Of a stretch of DNA of 49,558 bases, positions 7,315 to 16,783 are shown piece after piece. Origin of the DNA: Planctomycetota bacterium. Lineage in GTDB: Bacteria > Planctomycetota > UBA8742 > SKZP01. Where the stretch lies: assembly GCA_050249295.1 (NCBI GenBank), contig JBFWQT010000003.1, positions 1 to 49,558 of the forward strand. The letters run 5' to 3'. Within the stretch, counting starts at the first letter, position 1. Every line of letters begins with the position of its first letter. The notes beneath the pieces were generated by a model, which had not been told where the DNA came from, ran no database searches, and was given only the letters and a program-made list of their open reading frames with translations. A program made the translations under genes and the position numbers.

Positions 7315-8322
7315 ATGATTGCGATTGTCCGCCTCCAGATCCTGCAGATGATTCGCGGCCGCAGCCGACGGCCGTTGGTGGCGTTCGCGATCGCGCCGGT
7401 GCTGATCACCTTGTTGTGGGTGATCGGCACCAGCTACGGCGGGGGCGAGGATCCGGCCGATGCGACCGCTGTCGAGGCTGACGGGTTGACCGACGAGGTA
7501 CCGGGCCCGACCGACGTGGAGATCCCGGCGGACAACGCTGACGGCGGCGAGCCGCAGACGCAGACGCAACCGGGTGACGGCGACAGCGACATCGGCGACA
7601 CCGACGAGCAGCCGCAGACGATGCCGACGGAGTCGGACGAAGGTGAGGACCTGCCGTCGCCGTTTGCGCCGGACGCGGATGCGGGCTACACGATCGACGC
7701 GGAACTGAAGAGCGCGCTGTTCCTGTTCACGCTGGTAACGCAGGTGTTCTGCATCCTGCTGTCGCTGATGTACGGCGGCACGATCATCGGCACGACGTCG
7801 GACCGTCACGCGCTGGCGTACCTGTTTGTGCGGCCGATCGCGCGCTGGAAGATTGTCGCTGGTCGCTGGGCCGGCATTGTCGCGGTGATCACGGCCGTGC
7901 TCTGGGCCAGCCTGGCCGGCTGCTGGGCGCTGCTCGGCACGCCGGGTGGGTCGCAATTGTTGCTCGCGCTGTTGCTCTCCACGTTGCTGTCGGCGATGGC
8001 GTTCGTCGGGGTGTTCGCCGTGTTCGGCGTGATGCTCGCGCGCGCAGCTGTTCCGATGGCGCTGGTGTACGGGCTGTTCTACGAGGTGCTGCTGTCGTGG
8101 ATGCCGGCGCTGCTGCGCAAGTACTCGGTGTCGTTCTACACGCGCTCGGTGGCGTTCAACCTCGGCGGTGTGCCGGTCCCGCAGCAGGCCTCCGAGCTGG
8201 CTGGTGCCGAGCTGGCGCTGGGCCTGGTGATGCCGGTGCTGATTGCGCTGGCCTGCGTGTTCATCGCCGGTCGCGCCGCCCGCAGCATCCAGCTCGAAGC
8301 CGCCGACGCGCCCGAGATCTGA
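7315..8322 (+). CDS. ABC-2 type transporter permease with long acidic loop
   Basis: About six TM helices, YLFVRPIARWKIVAGRW motif, D/E/P/T-rich loop after TM1. Confidence 0.85.
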   Translation: MIAIVRLQILQMIRGRSRRPLVAFAIAPVLITLLWVIGTSYGGGEDPADATAVEADGLTDEVPGPTDVEIPADNADGGEPQTQTQPGDGDSDIGDTDEQPQTMPTESDEGEDLPSPFAPDADAGYTIDAELKSALFLFTLVTQVFCILLSLMYGGTIIGTTSDRHALAYLFVRPIARWKIVAGRWAGIVAVITAVLWASLAGCWALLGTPGGSQLLLALLLSTLLSAMAFVGVFAVFGVMLARAAVPMALVYGLFYEVLLSWMPALLRKYSVSFYTRSVAFNLGGVPVPQQASELAGAELALGLVMPVLIALACVFIAGRAARSIQLEAADAPEI

Positions 8323-8387
8323 GCGCTCGGATCGTGGGCGTCGTGGCAGAATCACCACGCACACCACGTCGCCGGCCACGTCTTCAC

Positions 8388-9617
8388 ATGCCCGTGCACC
8401 GTCGCTCGCTTGCTGCGCTGATTGCCATCGTCTGTCTGCTGGCCGCACTTTCGTCGTGCAGCTCGGGCAACGTGGCGCCCACCTCGGCGCCGATCGACCC
8501 GTCGCAGCTCGCCGACGCACGCATCGCCGGCCGCGCGTCCGCGGCGTTCGCGCTCGACCTGCTCCGCAAGCTCGACGACGACGGCAACGTGGTGCTCTCG
8601 CCGTGGAGCATCACGCAGGCGCTGACCATGACCGCCGCGGGGGCGCGTGGCGAGACGCAACGCGAGATGCTCGCGGCGCTGGGCGTCGGCGACTCGCTGC
8701 CGGTGGATCGTCTGCAGACCGCCGTGGCGGCCGTGTCGGACCATTCCGCGCCACTCACGGCGGCCAACGCGCTGTTCCCGGACGCACGCGCCACCATCGT
8801 CCCGGCCTTCGCCTCGGAGATGCAACGCACGCATCACGCGACAATCACGCCGCTCGACTTCTCCCCGGCCAACGCAGCGGCCGCGGCCGCGCAGATCAAC
8901 AACTGGGCCAGCCAGCACACGCACGGCATGGTGCGCGACATCGTGTCGGCCGGCGACGTGACCAACAACCGCCTCGTGATCGGCAACGCCGTGTCGTTCC
9001 ACGGCGAGTGGAAGACCGTGTTCGATCACACCGCGCCGGGCGCGTTCCACCTGGCGGATGGCTCGTCGGTGCCGGTCACGATGATGTCGCACACACACGT
9101 CGACACCACGTTCAGCCGTGCGAGAGGCCGCGATCTGATCGCCGTGTCGCTGCCGTACCAGAACAGCGGGTGCGAGATGTGCCTGATCGTGCCGACGACG
9201 GGCTCGCTGGCCGACCTCGAGGCAGGCCTGACCGGGGGGCAGCTGGACAACCTGTTCGACGCGCTCGACGTCGGGCACGACGACAAGTGCCAGGTGGTCA
9301 TGCCACGCTTCAAGTTCGAGTGGCGCGACGACCTGAACGACGCGCTGAAGGCGCTCGGCATGCGTCGCGCGTTCGTGCCGGGCGAGGCCGACCTCACCGG
9401 CATCATCGCCGACGGCTCGCTGTTCATCAGCCTCGTCCGCCATGGTGCGTGCATCGAGGTGGACGAGAAGGGCACCCGCGCCGCCGCGGTCACCACGGTG
9501 CACATGAACAAGAGCATGCCGCCGCCGCCGCTGATGTTCGATCGGCCGTTCCTGTTCCTGATCCGCCATGTCGAGTCCGGCGCCATCCTGTTCATCGGGC
9601 GGTTCGTCAAGCCGTGA
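8388..9617 (+). CDS. Serpin (serine protease inhibitor), predicted lipoprotein
   Basis: Lipobox LSSC, NVVLSPWSI, INNWASQHTHG, NAVSFHGEW, hinge EVDEKGTRAAAVT, FDRPFLFLIR…ILFIGR. Confidence 0.93.
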   Translation: MPVHRRSLAALIAIVCLLAALSSCSSGNVAPTSAPIDPSQLADARIAGRASAAFALDLLRKLDDDGNVVLSPWSITQALTMTAAGARGETQREMLAALGVGDSLPVDRLQTAVAAVSDHSAPLTAANALFPDARATIVPAFASEMQRTHHATITPLDFSPANAAAAAAQINNWASQHTHGMVRDIVSAGDVTNNRLVIGNAVSFHGEWKTVFDHTAPGAFHLADGSSVPVTMMSHTHVDTTFSRARGRDLIAVSLPYQNSGCEMCLIVPTTGSLADLEAGLTGGQLDNLFDALDVGHDDKCQVVMPRFKFEWRDDLNDALKALGMRRAFVPGEADLTGIIADGSLFISLVRHGACIEVDEKGTRAAAVTTVHMNKSMPPPPLMFDRPFLFLIRHVESGAILFIGRFVKP

Positions 9618-9666
9618 CGGGTGTGATCACTGCTGATTCTGCTCGCCCGTCACAAACCCGCGGGAT

Positions 9667-10452
9667 ATGCTTCTGACGGTCAAGGCGGCGGAATGCGTGC
9701 AGCACGCAGGAGCGTCAGTGCCGCGGGGCGAGAGCCACATCCAGGTAGCCGGGGCTACGGAGCAGGGTCGGCGCGGGAACAACCAGGATGTGTTCTTCGC
9801 AGACGGTGCGGCCGGACTGTTCCTGATCGCGGACGGCGTGGGCAGCTCGCCGTACGGCGATGTCGCGGCGCAACTGGCGGCCGAGGCGATCCGCGAGACG
9901 GTGTCGGCCAGCAGCGGCCGACAGGCGGTGGGCGACCTGCTGTGCGCCGCGGTGACGCACGCGCACGACCACATCCACGAACAGAAGAAGGTGCGCGGCA
10001 TCGACAAGATGAGTTGCGCGCTCGTGGTGGCGCTGCTGCGCGACCGCACGCTGACCGTGGCCAACGCCGGCGATTCGCGCGCCTACCTGCGCTGCGCCAA
10101 CGGCGACCTGCGCCAGCTGAGCTTCGACCATAGCGTGGCGAACATGATGCTCAGCAAGGGGTACATCACGGCCGACATGGTCCCGAAGCATCACCTCCGC
10201 CACACGCTGATCACGTCGGTTGGCGGCAGCCAGAAGCTGGTGGTCGCCGTCGAGGAGACGACCGTTGCGTCGGGCGACCGCATCCTGCTGTGCAGCGATG
10301 GTGTGAGCGATGCGCTCGACAGCGCGACGATCTCGGCCGTGCTTGGCGGCGATGCAAGCGCACAGGTGCTGGCCGAACGCCTGGTGGAAGCGGCCGTCGA
10401 GGCCTCGGGAAAGGACAACGCGACGGCGATCGTGGTCTGCCCCGGCTGGTGA
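9667..10452 (+). CDS. PP2C/PPM-family Ser/Thr protein phosphatase
   Basis: GRRGNNQD, IADGVG, AGDSRAY, LSFDHS, LLCSDG, KDNAT motifs. Confidence 0.92.
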   Translation: MLLTVKAAECVQHAGASVPRGESHIQVAGATEQGRRGNNQDVFFADGAAGLFLIADGVGSSPYGDVAAQLAAEAIRETVSASSGRQAVGDLLCAAVTHAHDHIHEQKKVRGIDKMSCALVVALLRDRTLTVANAGDSRAYLRCANGDLRQLSFDHSVANMMLSKGYITADMVPKHHLRHTLITSVGGSQKLVVAVEETTVASGDRILLCSDGVSDALDSATISAVLGGDASAQVLAERLVEAAVEASGKDNATAIVVCPGW

Positions 10453-10791
10453 ATGACGACGACGCACCCGATGGCCAGCGGCAGCGAACAGCGGAGCACC
10501 GGCGGCTCGACGACCCTCGGGTTGCCGCACTTGCCGAGCATGGATTGTCATCGACCCGCCGAACCTGCGGCGCCGGGCTACCAGCCGAGCGTCGTCCGAC
10601 TGCTCCCGTTACGGGTCGCGCCGGCCGCCACCAGGCCACGCACGCAGCCCGGCACACCATTCACCATCGTCTCGGTCGAGACGTTGCCGCGCCGCCACCA
10701 GGCCCCGCCCGATCAACGTCCCGGCGTGCGCTGCATGGTGGTGCAAGACGACCGCTACCCGTTCCGCCAGTCGACGAACGACGACGAGTAG
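10453..10791 (+). CDS. Hypothetical protein (doubtful)
   Basis: ATG immediately after the PP2C stop, fills the gap; Pro-rich with no motif. Confidence 0.3.
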   Translation: MTTTHPMASGSEQRSTGGSTTLGLPHLPSMDCHRPAEPAAPGYQPSVVRLLPLRVAPAATRPRTQPGTPFTIVSVETLPRRHQAPPDQRPGVRCMVVQDDRYPFRQSTNDDE

Positions 10792-10816
10792 CCGGAGTCG
10801 AGAGCATCATTGAGCG

Positions 10817-13246
10817 TCAGCTTCCCTGCGTGACCGCGCCGAGGGCCTTCTCGAAGGCGGTGCGCAGGTAGAGTGATCGCTCGCGCGCGAGGTGTGTGCG
10901 CAACATCGGCTCGAGTACGCTACGACCGCCGGCATGCCCGCTGATCAGCACGGCTGCCGCTTCGCGCACGTCGCGATCGAGCCAGCCGTCGTCGGTGGAG
11001 CCGGTTCCGCGATCGAGAATCAGTGGCTGCATCACGCGGAGCAGCGCGTCGTCATCCAGCCGGGCTAGCACTGCGCCGGCCAGCTCGGGTGGGGAGTTCC
11101 ACGGCAACAGCATGGCCGGCGGCACGCGCCCGTCGGAGAGCAACGCTGCCAGCACCGGGCTGACGGCATCGGGCGCGGACCCGTGCAGCAACGGTGGACG
11201 CGCCACTTCATGCGAGGACGGCGGCGCGGCGATGCCACCGGCGCGGATGCGCTCGAGCAATCGCGCGATGAATGCCGCCTCGTCCGGCGCCTCCAGGCCG
11301 GCTGGCAGCGCCCAGCGCCAGGCCAGCTCGCGCGCGGTCGCGGCCACAGTCGGGTCGGGGTCGTGCTCGCCGAGCTGCGCCAACGACGCACGCAGCGCCA
11401 GCGCGCGATGTTCTTTCGCCGCGCCAATCGCCGCCATGCGCACGCCCGCATCCGGATCGGCCAGGCCGGACTCGAGCACGCGCTGCATGTGGTACGCGCG
11501 GTCGGTCGCATCCACCCACAATGAGTAGTGGCCGATCACGTCCGGATGCCGCGGTAGCACTCGCAGCGCCGCCGCGCGCACCCCGGCATCCGGGTCCTCT
11601 GTTGCGGCGCGTGCAAGGTCCGACCCGCCCAGCCGACGCAGGTCAGGGTCGATGGCCAGCGCATCGATCACCTGCCGGCGCACCGCCACCGACGGATCGC
11701 GGAGCGGCGCGGCCATCACGGCGATTGCGCGCGCCACCGTGGCCTCGACGGCCGGGTCGTTGCGCAGGTGCAACAGGTCGACTCCGAGTCGATAGAGCGC
11801 CGCGGCCCGCTGCGCGTCATCCTGCAGGTTGCGCTCGAGCTGATCCAGGTCGGCATCCAGTTGCGCGGCACGCCGCAGCCGATCGCGGCGCTGCGTCTCC
11901 CGCTCGAACTCGCGCCAGGCCATGTCGGCTACGGCGGAGAGTCCGTCGGCACTGCGCTGCAGGCGGCGCAGGACGCTGGCGGTCTCCGGCTCGGCGAGCC
12001 AGCCCATGGCGTGAATCGCGACGGCGCGCGCTTCTCGATCGTACGTCACGCGTTCGGCTCGCACGGCAAGCAACGGCGCGACCCGCAGGCCCCATCCCAT
12101 GAGCACCTCGTGCACCGCCTCGTCGACCTCTCGTCCTCCGCCGGCGCCGGCCGCGAGCACGGCGTCCACCGCATCGGCCGGTTCGGCGCCGGCCATGGCC
12201 CGTACGGCGGCCGCGCGCACCGCCGGGTCGGCCGAGGCTGCGCCGGTGCGAACCTGCTGCAGCGGCAGCCATCGGTGCAGGCCGCGAGTGAGCAGCAGCA
12301 GCGTGAGCCAGCGGTAGAACGCCACGGCCACGGCAAAGCGAAACACCACCATCCACGTGGACCACATCGGCCCGCCGGTCCAGTTGCCCGACCACGCCCA
12401 GCCGTAGACCTGCGATGTGTCGAGCAGATCGATGCCTCGCCAGAGCTGTTCGACGCCGAACCACGCGACGTCGATCGAGCCGCTGATGCTCTCCGGCCAG
12501 TGCGCCACGAGCAACGCCGTGGCAGCGGTGTACGCGGCGGTGGCCAGCATCAGGGTCGGCAGGAAGGCGCGTGCGCGGCTCGCCGTGAACCACACGGCGA
12601 CCACCGATGCGACGAGCAGCGTGAGCGCGGTGACCACCGGCAGCGACGACGGATCGTCGAGCACCAGGCCGCCGCAGATCAGGAAGGTGAGGCACCCGAG
12701 CGGCGGCAGCGCCTGGTCCATCGCCTTGAGCAGCTCGCGCGATCCGGCCGCGTCGTGGCGAGCCGCAGCCGTCACACGCGAGCCGCGCACCAGGCGCCAC
12801 AACGCGGCGAACATCACGAAGTCGGTGAGCAGGTGCAGCAGCACGACGATGCTGCCGGAGAGGTAGCCGACCGTGTGAATCGTCTGCAGGTTGATGCGGT
12901 AGGCGTCGAGCGCATCCATGAAGTCGGACGCGCGCAGCACGTGCACCGCGGTCAGCAGCGACCAGTCGGCCCACTGCGGGTTGGCCGCATCAAACCGGTA
13001 GCTGCCGTCGCCGAACACGTCGGCGCCCAGCTTCAGCGCCACGGTGAACAGCGCGAGTTGCGCGGCGCTGATCAGCAGAACCAGGATCGCCGCCCGCTCG
13101 CTGCGCCAGAGCAACCGCAGACTGACCGCCGCGTTGATGGCGATCAGCACGCCGAGGGGCGCGAACCGCCAGGCCGGCGGCACGTCCTGCCACGCGGCGA
13201 GTGACGCGAGCGACGCGAGGTACAGCAGCACGATCGCGACGCGCAT
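10817..13246 (-). CDS. Polytopic membrane protein with C-terminal HEAT-like repeats
   Basis: N-terminal ~320 aa with many TM helices; repeats DPAVRAAAVRAM, DPSVAVRRQVIDAL, DPDAGVRAAALRVL, DPDAGVRMAAIGA. Confidence 0.8.
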   Translation of the reverse strand: MRVAIVLLYLASLASLAAWQDVPPAWRFAPLGVLIAINAAVSLRLLWRSERAAILVLLISAAQLALFTVALKLGADVFGDGSYRFDAANPQWADWSLLTAVHVLRASDFMDALDAYRINLQTIHTVGYLSGSIVVLLHLLTDFVMFAALWRLVRGSRVTAAARHDAAGSRELLKAMDQALPPLGCLTFLICGGLVLDDPSSLPVVTALTLLVASVVAVWFTASRARAFLPTLMLATAAYTAATALLVAHWPESISGSIDVAWFGVEQLWRGIDLLDTSQVYGWAWSGNWTGGPMWSTWMVVFRFAVAVAFYRWLTLLLLTRGLHRWLPLQQVRTGAASADPAVRAAAVRAMAGAEPADAVDAVLAAGAGGGREVDEAVHEVLMGWGLRVAPLLAVRAERVTYDREARAVAIHAMGWLAEPETASVLRRLQRSADGLSAVADMAWREFERETQRRDRLRRAAQLDADLDQLERNLQDDAQRAAALYRLGVDLLHLRNDPAVEATVARAIAVMAAPLRDPSVAVRRQVIDALAIDPDLRRLGGSDLARAATEDPDAGVRAAALRVLPRHPDVIGHYSLWVDATDRAYHMQRVLESGLADPDAGVRMAAIGAAKEHRALALRASLAQLGEHDPDPTVAATARELAWRWALPAGLEAPDEAAFIARLLERIRAGGIAAPPSSHEVARPPLLHGSAPDAVSPVLAALLSDGRVPPAMLLPWNSPPELAGAVLARLDDDALLRVMQPLILDRGTGSTDDGWLDRDVREAAAVLISGHAGGRSVLEPMLRTHLARERSLYLRTAFEKALGAVTQGS

Positions 13247-13261
13247 GGTGGTGCCGCCGGT

Positions 13262-13804
13262 TCAGAGCTGACGCCGGGTCTTGTTCGGATCGCGCTTCTC
13301 GTCGCGCAGCGCCGGCATCTCGACGGTCTCGGGGTCGAGGCCATCGGGGCCGACGTTGGCGCCGTAGCGGCCGGCACCGGTTCCCTCGGTGTCCGAGCCG
13401 TCGGTGCTGGCCGGGCGTACCGGGGGAAGGCCGAGCAACTTGGCGACCTCGTCGAGCACCTTCACCGGCGAGCACGGCTTGGTGAGGTAGCGGTGCGCGC
13501 CGGTCATCAGGCCACGCAGGCGGTCGCGCGAATCGACGCGCGCGGTGAGCATCACGATCGGCACGAGCGGCTTCTGGTCGCGCAGCTTCGCGGCCACTTC
13601 ATAGCCGTCCATGCCGGGCATCATCACGTCCAGGATTACCAGGTCGATGTCCTGCTCGAGCACCAGCTTGAGGCCGGATTCGCCGTCGTTCGCCGTCTCC
13701 ACCTTGAAGTGGTAGTGCGTGAAGATGCGCTGGAAGACGTCCCGCGTTCCGGGGTCGTCATCCACCACCGCGATCGTGTAGTCAGCTGGGCTGTTGCCCT
13801 TCAT
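13262..13804 (-). CDS. Response regulator receiver protein with unstructured C-terminal tail
   Basis: IAVVDDD, DLVILDVMMPGMDG, MLTAR, YLTKP; no recognisable output domain. Start taken at MKGN (13804). Confidence 0.9.
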   Translation of the reverse strand: MKGNSPADYTIAVVDDDPGTRDVFQRIFTHYHFKVETANDGESGLKLVLEQDIDLVILDVMMPGMDGYEVAAKLRDQKPLVPIVMLTARVDSRDRLRGLMTGAHRYLTKPCSPVKVLDEVAKLLGLPPVRPASTDGSDTEGTGAGRYGANVGPDGLDPETVEMPALRDEKRDPNKTRRQL

Positions 13805-14066
13805 GGCAGTCCGCGCATGCGTTCGGAATGCGTGTGCACAGTGTGCGGCCGCTGCGATCAGAACTGATCCGCCCGATAAATACAAAAGGTTTTCCTCACT
13901 CAAGTTCGGACCACGGCGTCACGACAAAGAAGCATGAGCCGCGCGCCCGCGATGGCTCGTCTCCGCGACCGTCGGATGAAATGCCGCCCGCGCCGCAAGG
14001 CCGCAGGGAACGGTGCGTCTGACGGCGACGGCGTATTCCAGGTGACCACCCCAGCCGGACACTGCC

Positions 14067-14417
14067 ATGAACGCTGCTGACTTTGCTGCTGCCGCCTCTG
14101 CCGCTGTTGCATCTCACTCCCGGCCGGCCTGCGTTCAGCTCGATGTGGCGATGGCGTCGATTCCGGCGGGTCAGGGGCTGATCGCCAACAACCTGCGGCC
14201 CGGCCAGCCCGGCTACCGCGAGTTGCTCACCGCTGCGAACGGCGTGCTCGCCGAGGCCTTCCAGGCGCTGCGCGAACGCTACGGCTACACCGACATCACG
14301 GTGGCGATGCCGCTCGTGCCGGCCGAGCCGGGTGCCGGTCCGGACGTCACGGATCAGCTGCTGGCCGAGATCGCGCTGATCACGACGCCGCTGCGCCGGG
14401 TGCGCCGGGCCAGCTGA
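14067..14417 (+). CDS. Hypothetical protein
   Basis: GC3-biased ORF, first of a co-oriented run. Confidence 0.55.
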   Translation: MNAADFAAAASAAVASHSRPACVQLDVAMASIPAGQGLIANNLRPGQPGYRELLTAANGVLAEAFQALRERYGYTDITVAMPLVPAEPGAGPDVTDQLLAEIALITTPLRRVRRAS

Positions 14418-14480
14418 CCGCCGCTCGCACTCGCCTCCGCACTTCCAGCATCACCACCACTCAACGACCCGACGCCACCG

Positions 14481-15278
14481 ATGACCCTGCCCCCGACCAC
14501 GCGAACGCATCCTGCCAGTGGCACGACGACGCGCCTGCGCTTCGCCTGGAATGGTGAGGCGCCGCCGCCGCGGCGATCGTTCCGCGGCATGTTCGCGGCG
14601 GTGCTGATCGTGGCATCGGTCGCGGCACTGCTCTCGCTGGGCCGGCAACTGGCCAACGCGGTGGACAGCCCGGGCTCGCCCGACCGCGCCCGCGTGCAAG
14701 TGACGGACGCGACGCTGCCGGTGCTGTTCGGTGACAGCGAGGCAGCGGTGAGCAGCATCAACGTCGTGACGGCCGGGCCCGCCAATGAGGCGCCACTGAC
14801 GTCGCTGATCAGTGCGCAGACAGTTGCCGTGGCGCAGTGCGACTTCTTCGCCGATTGCGGGAGCCAACCGCATGTGGCCGTGCTGGACCGCGCGGCCGAT
14901 GGCAGCCATGCACTGCGGGTGTTCGCCCGCGACGACGACCGCTGGTTGCTGACGTTCGAGTTCCGTGCTGGTGCCGATGCCGGCCACTTCACCGGGATGA
15001 CGCCGCGAGACCTGAACCACGACGGCGTGCCCGAGCTCTCCACATGGTGGACGCAGCCGGACGGATCGTTCTGCACCCGCCTGGTGTGCCGTACCGCGGG
15101 CCGGCTGGAGTTGGTCGAAGCGCCGCCGTTTGCCCTCGAGGTGTGCGTGCCGCCGCTCGAACCGCCCGCGCTGTGCACGCATCTCGGCCTGGATGATCTG
15201 GCCCTGAATCCGGAGTTGATCACGGCCGACAAAGAGACTGCAGCGCAGGCCGGACTGACCGCCATTCCGTCGCGCTGA
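14481..15278 (+). CDS. Membrane-anchored hypothetical protein with one FG-GAP/DxDxDG-like motif
   Basis: TM segment GMFAAVLIVASVAALLSLG; RDLNHDGVPEL motif. Confidence 0.6.
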   Translation: MTLPPTTRTHPASGTTTRLRFAWNGEAPPPRRSFRGMFAAVLIVASVAALLSLGRQLANAVDSPGSPDRARVQVTDATLPVLFGDSEAAVSSINVVTAGPANEAPLTSLISAQTVAVAQCDFFADCGSQPHVAVLDRAADGSHALRVFARDDDRWLLTFEFRAGADAGHFTGMTPRDLNHDGVPELSTWWTQPDGSFCTRLVCRTAGRLELVEAPPFALEVCVPPLEPPALCTHLGLDDLALNPELITADKETAAQAGLTAIPSR

Positions 15279-15336
15279 ACCACCAGTGTTTGCTGAACCG
15301 TCCTGACACCACCACATCGCCATCCCGTCTGGAACC

Positions 15337-16170
15337 ATGATCCTGCAATCGGCCGGCCCCAACACCATCCGCCTCGCTGCCGCCCTCTCGGCGCAGCACG
15401 CCGAAGCGCGCGACCGCTCGCTGACGGTCCTGCGGGGTGGTCTGGCGGCCGAGTGCGGGCTGCTCGGACTGCTGCAGCGCCTGCGCGAGAACAATGATCG
15501 TCGCCTGGCTGCCAACGGCAGCGCCTGGAACGAGACCAGCGATCGCGAGCTGCTCGAGACCTGGCTGCAGGTCGTCCAGCGGTTGCACGGCCGCGAGGGT
15601 CGTCGCCGCGCCACGCGGCTGCTGCGCAAGGAGACCGACGCCGAGGCCGAGCTGCGCCGTCTCGGTGCGCGCTTCGCCCGTCACTGCGGCCAGGGCTGCT
15701 CGCTGACCGGCGTGCGCGTGAGCGACTTGTCGATCGAACAGCGTGGCGCGCAACGCGTCGGTGCGGACACGGTGTCGCCGTCGCTCGATCAGCAGGGCCA
15801 GCCGTTTGCCGGGGCGTGGCTTGCCGGGGCGTTCCGCGTGCCCGGCAGCGCGATGGGCCCGGGTCGTCGCATCTCGCTCACCGTGCACAACGTGCTGGGC
15901 CGCACCCGTCCGCTCGTGCCGCTGTTCGTCAAGGCCGAGGCGCAACTGCCGGCCGGGCGGCGTCTGCCGTTGCGCGGCGAGATCTTTGTGTACGCCGAAG
16001 AGGTTGTGCCGGGCATGCGCCGCGACCTCACCTGCTCGGCCGATGGCCTGCTCGACCTGCTGCCGTGCCCGGCCGGTCTGATCCAGTCAGTCTTGTTGCA
16101 GGTGTGGATGCCGACCGGCCAGGTAACGGTGCCGGGACCGATCAGCCAGCGCATGGCGCGCGTGGCCTGA
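15337..16170 (+). CDS. Hypothetical protein
   Basis: 277-aa ORF with coding-like codon usage, co-oriented with neighbours. Confidence 0.6.
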   Translation: MILQSAGPNTIRLAAALSAQHAEARDRSLTVLRGGLAAECGLLGLLQRLRENNDRRLAANGSAWNETSDRELLETWLQVVQRLHGREGRRRATRLLRKETDAEAELRRLGARFARHCGQGCSLTGVRVSDLSIEQRGAQRVGADTVSPSLDQQGQPFAGAWLAGAFRVPGSAMGPGRRISLTVHNVLGRTRPLVPLFVKAEAQLPAGRRLPLRGEIFVYAEEVVPGMRRDLTCSADGLLDLLPCPAGLIQSVLLQVWMPTGQVTVPGPISQRMARVA

Positions 16171-16216
16171 TCGCGCAGGGCTTGCGTCAATGCGGCTCGC
16201 GTCGGATGTTGTGTGC

Positions 16217-16783
16217 ATGGAACCGCACACGATTCCGGATTCTGATCGGCGACTGCTGCTCGGCCTCGCGCGTCAGGCTGTGGCCGCGACAACCGGGGCC
16301 GCGACGTTGCCTGCACGGCCGGTTGCGGCGTCGAACGTTGTCGACGAGGCGCGCGGCGCGTTTGTCACCCTGCACAAGCTCGGTCGGTTACGCGGGTGCG
16401 TCGGACTGATTGAACCGGTGAAGCCGCTGTGGCTCAGCGTGCGCGACGCGGCAACGTCGGCGGCATCGCGCGACCCTCGCTTCGGCCCGGTGACCGCGGA
16501 CGAGTTGACCGACCTGGTGATCGACATCTCCGCGCTGACACCGATGCGCAAGATCGACAGCGTCGACGAGATTGTCGTCGGCGTGCACGGGCTGTACGTC
16601 GACGATGGCCGCCGGTCGGGCCTCTTGCTGCCGCAGGTGCCGGGCGAGTGGGGTTGGGATCGCGACGCGTTCGTGCACCACACCCTGCGCAAGGCAGGGT
16701 TGCCCGCGACCGCGCTCGAGAGTCCGCGGACGCAGCTCTACACGTTCATGGCCGAGGTGTTTGCCGAGCAGGAGCGCGACTGA
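16217..16783 (+). CDS. amrA: AmmeMemoRadiSam system protein A (AMMECR1 domain)
   Basis: GAFVTLHK.G.LRGCVG, AASRDPRF.PV…EL, IDISALTP, GVHGL, SGLLLPQV, KAGLP, AEVF. Confidence 0.92.
   Translation: MEPHTIPDSDRRLLLGLARQAVAATTGAATLPARPVAASNVVDEARGAFVTLHKLGRLRGCVGLIEPVKPLWLSVRDAATSAASRDPRFGPVTADELTDLVIDISALTPMRKIDSVDEIVVGVHGLYVDDGRRSGLLLPQVPGEWGWDRDAFVHHTLRKAGLPATALESPRTQLYTFMAEVFAEQERD

Noticed and set aside
13805-14066. Possible riboswitch (c-di-GMP/c-di-AMP-like) in the divergent intergenic region
   Set aside because: Only short fragments such as ccgcaagg and gggaac resemble the consensus, and the core motifs could not be assembled by eye. An Rfam cmscan would settle it.
16738-16783. Convergent 46-bp overlap of amrA and GT4 as an antisense control system
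   Set aside because: Short 3' overlaps are common in GC-rich genomes where stop codons are scarce.
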